Positions 57,139 to 64,000 of a stretch of DNA of 64,000 nt are shown here, in pieces. The position numbers and the translations under genes were made by a program. Source of the DNA: Candidatus Pacearchaeota archaeon (GTDB lineage Archaea > Nanobdellota > Nanobdellia > Pacearchaeales > GW2011-AR1); NCBI GenBank assembly GCA_023139205.1, contig JAGLOA010000002.1:27530-91529 (forward strand), read 5' to 3'. The first letter of the stretch is position 1. Every line of letters starts with the position of its first letter. The notes under the pieces were generated by a model. That model saw nothing but the letters and a program-made list of their open reading frames with translations. It ran no database searches and was not told where the DNA came from.

Positions 57139-60100
57139 ATGATGAATAAAATAGTAAAAAAGAAAGTAAAGGAAATAAAATTTTCTCTTCTTAGTCCAGA
57201 CAAAATCAAAAAACTTTCAACTGCAAAAATAGTAACTCCTGAATTATATAATATTGACGGGTATCCAGTAGATGGGGGATTAATGGATTTAAGGCTTGGT
57301 GCAATAGATCCTGGTGTAAGATGTAGGACTTGCGGAGGAAGATTAAAAGAATGTTTAGGACATCCAGGAAGTATTGATTTAGCGAGACCAATAATGCATT
57401 TAAAATATATTCCTTTGGTAGAACTTGGATTAAGATGTTTTTGTCAGGAATGTAAAAAATTAATGTTGGCGGATAAAGATCTGGAAAAATATACTCCAAG
57501 TCAAAGAGCAAAAAAAGCAAAGGATTCTAAAAAATGTCCTCATTGCGGTGCTGCAAATGAAAAAATTAAGTTAGAGAAACCAACAAACTTTTACCAAGGA
57601 AAAATAAGATTATTTCCTACAGAGATTAGAGAAAAATTAGTTAATATTAAAGATGAAGAATTAGAAAAAATAGGGATAAATCCTGTAAGCTGCAGACCTG
57701 AGTGGGGTATTTTAACTACTCTTTTAGTTCCTCCTGTAACAATAAGACCAAGTATTATTTTAGAATCTGGTGAAAGAAGCGAGGATGATTTAACACATAA
57801 ACTTTCTGATATTATAAGAGCTAATCAAAGACTTTGGGAAAATTTAAATGCAGGTGCTCCGGAAGTTATTATTGAAGATTTATGGGACCTTTTACAATTT
57901 CATGTTACAACTTTCTTTGATAATACTGTTGCTAAAATTCCTCCTGCAAGACATAGAAGCGGTCAGCCATTAAAAACAATCACAGAAAGAATCAAAGGTA
58001 AAGAAGGAAGAATCAGGAAAAACCTTGCTGGTAAAAGAGTAAATTACTCAGGAAGAACTGTAATTTCTCCTGATCCGTTTATAGAAATAAATGAAATTGG
58101 GGTTCCTCATGAAATTGCAACAGTGGTTACTCTGGCTGAAACTGTTACTGATTTAAATATTGAGAAATTAAAAAAATTAGTTGAGAGAGGTGACAAATAT
58201 CCAGGAGCAAATTATATTATAAGGCCTGATGGAAAAAGAAAGAAAATAACTCCTGAACTTAAAGAAGAAGTTATTAATGAACTTGTTCCAGGCTATAAAG
58301 TTGAAAGACATTTACAGGAAGGAGATGTTGTTTTGTTTAACAGACATCCAAGTCTACACAGAGGAAGTTTAATGGCTCACTTTGTGAAAGTTCTTCCAGG
58401 AAGAACATTTAGATTACATCCTGCTGCAGCTTATCCTTATAATGCGGATTTTGACGGAGATGAAATGAATATTCACTCTCCTCAGACAGAAGAAGCAAGA
58501 GCAGAAGCAAAAATTTTACTTGATGTTAAAAAGAATTTAATTTCTCCTAAAAACAACACAAATCTTATTGGGTGTATAGGGGATGCTGTTACAGGAAATT
58601 ATTTATTAGGATTAAATGAATTTTCAAAAGAATCTGCAAATCAAATGATGTATCAAGCTGGAATTGATTGTGAATTTTCAAAGAAAACAATATCAGGAAC
58701 AGAATTATTCTCAGAGATTCTTCCAAAAGCAGATTTCTCAAATGAGTCTATAAAAATAAAAGACGGGAAAATTCTTGAGGGTGAAATAGACAAAACTACT
58801 TTTGGAAGTGAGGACGGAGATTTAATCAAAGAACTTGATAAGGTGGTTGGAAGAGATGAAACTTTTGAAATAATTAAAAAAGCATTTAAACTTGGAACAA
58901 ACTATTTATCAGGAAGAGGGATAACTATTTCTGTTGAAGATTTGGATTTAGATGAAAAAGTTGTACGGGCAGGAGAAGAGATTATTAAAAAAGCTGAAAA
59001 GAAAACAGAAGAAATAATTGATTCTTATGACCAGGGAACTCTTGAAAGAATTCCAGGTAAAACAGAAAAAGAATCCAGAGAAATAAGAATTCTTAAGGTT
59101 TTAAATGAGGTTAGAACCAAGATAGGGGATATTGTAAAGAAAGAATTTCCTAAAAATAATCCAGTAAATTATATGATTAAATCAGGTGGCGGAGGAAATA
59201 TGCTGAATATTACTCAGATGGCTTGTTGTGTTGGTCAGCAGGCATTATGGGGAAAGAGAATTGAAATTGGTTACACCGAAAGAACATTATCTTTTTTTGA
59301 AAAAGGGGATTTGTCTCCAAGGGCAAGAGGATTTATTTCAAGTCCATTCATAAAAGGATTAAGACCAGATGAATTTTTCTTTGGAGCTGTTACAGGAAGA
59401 GACTCGCTTATGGATACTGCATTAAGAACTCCTAAATCAGGTTACTTATATAGAAGATTAGCTAATGCATTTCAGGATATTAGAATTGAATATGACGGAA
59501 CAGTAAGGGATAGCAATAATGAGATAATTCAATATAAATATGGAGATGATGGAAAAGATATTTCGCAGCTTCATAAAGATGGACAAATATGTGCTGGTGA
59601 AGCAATTGGGATTATTACTGCACAATCATTTGGAGAACCTTCAACACAAATGGCATTAAATGTATTTCATTTTGCAGGTGTTGCAGAAATGCAGGTTACT
59701 GCAGGACTTCCAAGAATTATTGAAATCTTTGATGCAAGAAAAAAACCTTCTTCTCCGAAAATGGAGATTTATTTAAATAAAGAATATAATGATGAGAAAA
59801 ATGCTAAAACTTTTGCTGAAAAAATTAAAGAAGTTACTTTAAAAGAAATTGCTTCTGAGATTAATCTTGATTTTAGCGGAAAAAATATTGAAATTAAAAT
59901 TAGTAAAAAAGGATTAAAGCAGACTCACACCACAATAAAAGTTGTTGTTGAAAGATTAAATGACCTTAAATTTAGTGCTAAAGAAAAAGGAGATTCAATT
60001 GTATTAAATGCTTCTGAGTTTAGCTTTAAAGAAATTTATCAGCTTAAGGAAAAATTAAAGAAAACAATTATTTCGGGTGTTAAAGGAGTAAGTCAGGTTT

Positions 60101-60630
60101 TGATTGTTAAAAGAGAAAAAGATTTTGTGATAATTACTCTTGGTTCAAATCTGAAAAAGATAATTGATTTAAAGGAAGTTGATGAAGACAGGATTCTTTC
60201 AAATGATTTGCATGAGGTTGCAGGTGTTTTTGGAATTGAAGCTGCAAGACAATTAATAATTAATGAGATTTATGAAGTGATTAATTCACAGGGATTAAAT
60301 ATTGATATAAGACATCTTAAATTAGTTTCAGATGCAATGACAAATACTGGTGTCGTTAAAGGGGTTACAAGAATGGGAATTATAGCACAAAAATCTTCAA
60401 TCTTGGCAAGAGCTACTTTTGAAACTCCTGGAAAACAATTTGTAAATGCTTCAATAAAAGGAGGCGGGGACAGATTAGCAAGTGTTATAGAAAATATAAT
60501 TCTTAATCAGCCAGTGCCTGTTGGAACTGGGTTGCCTGGTCTTCTTGTTGAAGTTATTGGACCATTGTCTAAGAAAGATTCTGAAAAGAAAACAGCTAAA
60601 ACAGAAGTTGTTGAGAAAACTAATAAGTGA
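57139..60630 (+). CDS. rpoA: RNA polymerase subunit A with the A' and A'' portions fused in one ORF
   Basis: N-terminal zinc motifs. NADFDGDEMN catalytic loop. Bridge helix RDSLMDTALRTPKSGYLYRRL is followed in the same frame by the trigger-loop region AQSFGEPSTQMALNVFHFAGV and the A''-type C-terminus (…ATFETPGKQF…VPVGTGLPGL). 1163 aa. Confidence 0.9.
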   Translation: MMNKIVKKKVKEIKFSLLSPDKIKKLSTAKIVTPELYNIDGYPVDGGLMDLRLGAIDPGVRCRTCGGRLKECLGHPGSIDLARPIMHLKYIPLVELGLRCFCQECKKLMLADKDLEKYTPSQRAKKAKDSKKCPHCGAANEKIKLEKPTNFYQGKIRLFPTEIREKLVNIKDEELEKIGINPVSCRPEWGILTTLLVPPVTIRPSIILESGERSEDDLTHKLSDIIRANQRLWENLNAGAPEVIIEDLWDLLQFHVTTFFDNTVAKIPPARHRSGQPLKTITERIKGKEGRIRKNLAGKRVNYSGRTVISPDPFIEINEIGVPHEIATVVTLAETVTDLNIEKLKKLVERGDKYPGANYIIRPDGKRKKITPELKEEVINELVPGYKVERHLQEGDVVLFNRHPSLHRGSLMAHFVKVLPGRTFRLHPAAAYPYNADFDGDEMNIHSPQTEEARAEAKILLDVKKNLISPKNNTNLIGCIGDAVTGNYLLGLNEFSKESANQMMYQAGIDCEFSKKTISGTELFSEILPKADFSNESIKIKDGKILEGEIDKTTFGSEDGDLIKELDKVVGRDETFEIIKKAFKLGTNYLSGRGITISVEDLDLDEKVVRAGEEIIKKAEKKTEEIIDSYDQGTLERIPGKTEKESREIRILKVLNEVRTKIGDIVKKEFPKNNPVNYMIKSGGGGNMLNITQMACCVGQQALWGKRIEIGYTERTLSFFEKGDLSPRARGFISSPFIKGLRPDEFFFGAVTGRDSLMDTALRTPKSGYLYRRLANAFQDIRIEYDGTVRDSNNEIIQYKYGDDGKDISQLHKDGQICAGEAIGIITAQSFGEPSTQMALNVFHFAGVAEMQVTAGLPRIIEIFDARKKPSSPKMEIYLNKEYNDEKNAKTFAEKIKEVTLKEIASEINLDFSGKNIEIKISKKGLKQTHTTIKVVVERLNDLKFSAKEKGDSIVLNASEFSFKEIYQLKEKLKKTIISGVKGVSQVLIVKREKDFVIITLGSNLKKIIDLKEVDEDRILSNDLHEVAGVFGIEAARQLIINEIYEVINSQGLNIDIRHLKLVSDAMTNTGVVKGVTRMGIIAQKSSILARATFETPGKQFVNASIKGGGDRLASVIENIILNQPVPVGTGLPGLLVEVIGPLSKKDSEKKTAKTEVVEKTNK

Positions 60631-60647
60631 TTTTTTAGAAAACCTTA

Positions 60648-60683
60648 ATTTTTTTTAAATGAATTCTTACTTTATCTTTAAAA
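60648..60683. repeat. 36-bp direct repeat, copy 1 (ATTTTTTTTAAATGAATTCTTACTTTATCTTTAAAA)
   Basis: Exact match to 62521..62556 in the same orientation, 1873 bp apart. Confidence 0.8.
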
Positions 60684-60728
60684 CTGCAGCATAGAAATTT
60701 ATTTAAACTACAATTTACCCAGAAGTTT

Positions 60729-60941
60729 ATGGAAAAACTTGAAGAAAAAACTGAAGAATTTGTTGGAAAAACAAAGGCAATAAATAAAGATTTGGAGAAT
60801 AAAAACATAGAAGCGATAAAGAAATATACTTTGTTTGGAGAGCAATATCTTGAAAAGCAAGTACACACTGGTAAACAATCTATGAAATTTTCAGCAACAG
60901 TATGCACTTATAGAGGAGTACCCTTATTTGATGACTTTTAA
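60729..60941 (+). CDS. small ORF (70 aa) immediately upstream of the ATP-grasp gene, possible precursor peptide
   Basis: Ends …KFSATVCTYRGVPLFDDF. Same strand, 23 nt before the ATP-grasp start. Speculative. Confidence 0.25.
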   Translation: MEKLEEKTEEFVGKTKAINKDLENKNIEAIKKYTLFGEQYLEKQVHTGKQSMKFSATVCTYRGVPLFDDF

Positions 60942-60964
60942 ATTAGGGGGAATTTCTTTTTAAA

Positions 60965-61903
60965 ATGAAAAATGTGTTGATATTAACTTATGATGAAGAT
61001 CCTCATGCAGATTCAGTTAGTAAGTTCTTTGATAAAAAGGGTGTAGAATATTTTAGAGTTGTAACAGAGAATTTAGCAAAAGATTATAAAATAACATTCG
61101 AATCTAACGACTCTCTTTATAAAATTTCAAATAATGAAAAAAAGATATATCTTGATTCTTCTTGGAACATTTGGAATAGAAGGGTAATGAACCCAGATAA
61201 CAAAAAAAATATGCCTAAGTCTTTAATAGATATTGTAGTAGATGAATCTGAAAAAACTTGGGACGGATTACTTGCATCTCATAAAGGGAAAGTTGTAAAT
61301 AGACCCCAAAATCATTTTTATGCTAATAATAAAATAGACCAATTAAAATTTGCATCTGGTAAAATCAAAATCCCAGATACAATAGTCACAAATGACCCTT
61401 CTTGTGTTGAAGAATTTTACGAGAAACATAAGGGAAATATTTGCTTTAAACTACAAAAAGGGACTGTAATAGATGAAAAATTTATTTACACAAACAAAGT
61501 AACAAAAGAACAACTGAAAAATGTTGATTTAGTTTCAAAGCATCCTTGTTTATTTCAAGAATATGTTGACAAGGAATTTGAAGTGAGGGTGGTTGCAACA
61601 GACAAAAATATTACCGGGATAGCAATAGACTCACAAAATTCAGAAATCTCTAAGATAGATTTTAGAAGATATGATTTTGATAATGTAAAATATGAACATA
61701 TAAATTTGCCAGATAATGTGAAGGGATTTTGTTCTTCATTATTGAAAAATTATGGACTTCATTTTGGGGCATTGGACTTTATTTATTCAAAAGAAAGAGG
61801 ATATGTTTTTCTTGAATTAAACCCTAATGGACAATGGCTATGGTTAGAAGAAACATCTGGATATAATCTAACTAAGGAAGTTGCAGAAAATCTAATAAAT
61901 TAA
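60965..61903 (+). CDS. ATP-grasp family ligase (RimK / graspetide-maturase-like size)
   Basis: C-terminal GLHFGALDFIYSKERGYVFLELNPNGQW matches the ATP-grasp Mg/ATP-binding E-x-N loop. 312 aa with a pre-ATP-grasp N-domain. Confidence 0.65.
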   Translation: MKNVLILTYDEDPHADSVSKFFDKKGVEYFRVVTENLAKDYKITFESNDSLYKISNNEKKIYLDSSWNIWNRRVMNPDNKKNMPKSLIDIVVDESEKTWDGLLASHKGKVVNRPQNHFYANNKIDQLKFASGKIKIPDTIVTNDPSCVEEFYEKHKGNICFKLQKGTVIDEKFIYTNKVTKEQLKNVDLVSKHPCLFQEYVDKEFEVRVVATDKNITGIAIDSQNSEISKIDFRRYDFDNVKYEHINLPDNVKGFCSSLLKNYGLHFGALDFIYSKERGYVFLELNPNGQWLWLEETSGYNLTKEVAENLIN

Positions 61904-61904
61904 A

Positions 61905-62399
61905 ATGTTTAAAAATTTAGAAAATAAAATAAAAAATAAAGATTTAATTTTATTTGGAGAAGAACATGGAACAAAAGAAATCCCTGAATTTCTCTTTAAA
62001 TTTTTTTCTGAATTAGCCAAAGAAGAAGAATTTGATGTTTGTTTGGAAATACCAAAAGAGTTTCAAAATAATATAAAGGATTTTTTTAAGCAAAATGAAG
62101 GGGGTCTAAATACAAAAGGATATTTGAATTTAGTAAATGAACTTCAAAAATTAAACATAAAAATATTTTGTATTGATAGTTCAGATTATTCTTCTCAAAA
62201 CAAAAGAGAAAAAGAGATGGCAGAGAATATTCTCGAAGTTTTTAATAAAAAGACATTTGTTATTACAGGAAATATTCATGCTTGTATAAAAAAATTTTTA
62301 ATGTGTGAAATTAATATAATCCCTACTGGATTTTACCTTTCTGAAAAATTAAAAGATAAATTAGTCAGCATAGATCTTTCATTAGAATTAAAAAACTAG
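61905..62399 (+). CDS. Tiki/TraB/ChaN-superfamily-like protein
   Basis: LILFGEEHGTKE and VITGNIHA resemble the two GxxH motifs of the TraB/PrgY/Tiki/ChaN family. 164 aa. Start is 1 nt after the ATP-grasp stop. Confidence 0.4.
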   Translation: MFKNLENKIKNKDLILFGEEHGTKEIPEFLFKFFSELAKEEEFDVCLEIPKEFQNNIKDFFKQNEGGLNTKGYLNLVNELQKLNIKIFCIDSSDYSSQNKREKEMAENILEVFNKKTFVITGNIHACIKKFLMCEINIIPTGFYLSEKLKDKLVSIDLSLELKN

Positions 62400-62504
62400 A
62401 CAAAAAAAAGTTTATATTAGAAAAAGATTTGGATGAAAAAGAGAAGAAAATGACTGAAAAATTCACTCCAACTAAAGAATATAATTATTAAATAGTATCA
62501 AATT

Positions 62505-62735
62505 CTAAGAAAAAACTTTTATTTTTTTTAAATGAATTCTTACTTTATCTTTAAAATCTTTTTTTGAAAATCTTTTTTTTGTTAAAGCTGAACTGCTTTT
62601 TAATTGACTTTCTATTAACTCTTTTTGCTGTTTGAAAAATTTAGGGTTTTCTCTAAGTTTTTCTGCATAAAGCTCTATATAATCTAAATCTGTTTTAGGA
62701 ATTTGTTTTAATTTCATTTTTAATAATAGGTTCAT
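62505..62735 (-). CDS. small hypothetical ORF (76 aa) overlapping the 3' end of the NTase gene
   Basis: Overlaps 62695..63306 by 41 nt. Its 3' end lies inside the repeat. Coding status uncertain. Confidence 0.25.
   Translation of the reverse strand: MNLLLKMKLKQIPKTDLDYIELYAEKLRENPKFFKQQKELIESQLKSSSALTKKRFSKKDFKDKVRIHLKKIKVFS
62521..62556. repeat. 36-bp direct repeat, copy 2
   Basis: Identical to 60648..60683. On the minus strand it encodes the C-terminal FKDKVRIHLKK of small ORF 62505..62735. Confidence 0.8.
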
Positions 62736-63306
62736 ATTCTTTGAATTTTTCTTTTTTTATTATTTCTGAAAAGAAAGTTCTTAAATGTCTGGCATCTCCA
62801 ATATCTTTTTCTCCAGCTAAGATGATTTCTTTGTATAAAATCTCAAATTCTAATGGGGGAATTTTAAAGGCAAAATTCTGTATTTTTATTTTTTGGGGAT
62901 TATTTAATTCAAAATATTTTGCAGGCTTTGATTTATCAACTGATATAAATTCCATATTTGGAAACATTTCTCCTTCTTTTGCAAATCTTATACTATCTCC
63001 ATTTTCTATGTATCTCCACACTTCATCAAGAGTATCTCCCTGATAACACCAAAATTTATTTTTGAATAAATCTTCTAAAAGTAAAGCGAGTTTTGTTTTG
63101 TCTAATTTTGAAACCAAAACATCTACATCTTCTGTTCCTCTTGTTCTTCCAGTAGATATACTTACAAATCCACTTACAATTAAATATTCGGAATGTCTTT
63201 TTAAAACATCTATAAAATCTTTAACAAACAAGTCTAATTTTGTCAGTTCTCTATTGATAATTATAGTATTCTCTTTAATAGAATAAGCTTTGTTTTGGTT
63301 GCTCAT
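62695..63306 (-). CDS. minimal Pol-beta nucleotidyltransferase (MNT-like)
   Basis: SGFVSISTGRTRGTEDVDVLV is the GS-x9-DxD motif. 203 aa. Confidence 0.55.
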   Translation of the reverse strand: MSNQNKAYSIKENTIIINRELTKLDLFVKDFIDVLKRHSEYLIVSGFVSISTGRTRGTEDVDVLVSKLDKTKLALLLEDLFKNKFWCYQGDTLDEVWRYIENGDSIRFAKEGEMFPNMEFISVDKSKPAKYFELNNPQKIKIQNFAFKIPPLEFEILYKEIILAGEKDIGDARHLRTFFSEIIKKEKFKEYEPIIKNEIKTNS

Positions 63307-63378
63307 TTTTAATTAAGGGGGGAAGTTTTTAAGTAGTTTTTGTTTTTGGGAAGACTAATAAGTGATTTTTAAAAAAGA

Positions 63379-64000
63379 TTAATTTTCCAATAGCCATTTC
63401 CAGACAGGTTTAACAAATATTTTTTTATTGTCTTTTTGTAAATTGTATTCCTGGTCTTTAGTTAAAATAATTCCCTGTTTTAATTTGAATTCTTCTAAAG
63501 CAGTTGTTAATCCTCTAATTTCTCTTTCTTTATTTTCAGAAGTTAATTCCCAGCAAACCTGTATTGCCTGTATTATTTTTTTTTGTTTTGATAAAATAAA
63601 ATCACATTCATATTTATTTTCAAAATAATTTATTTCAAAATTTTCATTTATGTTATTAAAAACTAAATTTTCAAGGAGCCATCCTTTATCTTTTGTAAAT
63701 TTCAGAGAAATCACTGAAACAAATCCATTATCCAATACATATGGTTTTTTTTCAGATTTTATTTGTTTTTTTAAACTATAATCAAATTTATTTATTATTT
63801 GAATAAAATACGTTTCAATAAGATGGTTAATAAATTTCTTCGTGGTGTGCGGGCTTTTTATCCCCAATATTTTGTTTAGATTATTATAATTAAATTTGTT
63901 TGCCAGATTAGTTATCAGATATTGGTATAATTCTCTAAGCTGGATTATATTTTTAACATCATATCTTACAATTATATCTTTGTTTATTATATCCTCATAG
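63379..64000 (-). CDS. AAA+ ATPase of the COG1373/DUF4143 type, C-terminal part; the 5' end runs off the window
   Basis: The frame stays open from 64000 down to 63379. …LNKILGIKSPHTTKKFINHLIETYFIQII… (HTH-like) and …NKYECDFIL… resemble the DUF4143 C-terminal domain of COG1373 ATPases. The listed ORF start (63867) is a TTG inside this longer open frame. Confidence 0.5.
   Translation of the reverse strand, partial: YEDIINKDIIVRYDVKNIIQLRELYQYLITNLANKFNYNNLNKILGIKSPHTTKKFINHLIETYFIQIINKFDYSLKKQIKSEKKPYVLDNGFVSVISLKFTKDKGWLLENLVFNNINENFEINYFENKYECDFILSKQKKIIQAIQVCWELTSENKEREIRGLTTALEEFKLKQGIILTKDQEYNLQKDNKKIFVKPVWKWLLEN

Noticed and set aside
60635-60907. Minus-strand 90-aa ORF ending in the repeat-encoded peptide FKDKVRIHLKKIKVF
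   Set aside because: It exists only because repeat copy 1 supplies an open frame. It overlaps the plus-strand small ORF and has no independent support.
60648-62556. Possibility that the 36-bp repeats are a CRISPR array
   Set aside because: There are only two copies separated by 1.87 kb of protein-coding sequence, and no cas genes nearby.

Overview
This window is an AT-rich (roughly 30% GC by eye) archaeal chromosome segment, and the small proteins and tRNA introns fit a small-genome, DPANN-like lineage. The archaeal assignment rests on a group II chaperonin, L35Ae, L10e, the rpoE'-spt4-S24e-S27ae block, the rpoH-rpoB-rpoA block, Pth2 and intron-containing tRNAs. Conserved content: thermosome, six tRNAs (Tyr, Gly, Val, His, Trp, Lys; Gly and Lys carry 76-nt and 52-nt introns), HisRS, a GluRS lacking its anticodon-binding domain, iscS/iscU, U32 peptidase, CorA, ScpA, a PP-loop tRNA thiolase, and an nrdR-nrdD-nrdG-dut-trx-pth2 module. 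Accessory or odd content: (i) a RelE-type toxin/antitoxin pair between two tRNA genes, plus a second degenerate pair at 15.5-15.9 kb; (ii) four Pol-beta nucleotidyltransferases, two of them clear inverted paralogues bracketing 13.8-20.8 kb; (iii) a compositionally distinct block of about 8 kb of unknown genes, including a xylose-isomerase-like TIM-barrel protein with a Q/Y/G-rich tail, co-oriented with one nucleotidyltransferase; (iv) rpoA as one unsplit A'+A'' ORF; (v) NrdD with N-terminal ATP-cones and a C-terminal glutaredoxin-like fusion, next to nrdR; (vi) an HD-hydrolase gene with one in-frame TAG; (vii) a 36-bp perfect direct repeat flanking an ATP-grasp/Tiki-like two-gene cassette after rpoA. 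No rRNA, CRISPR array or integrase was seen.
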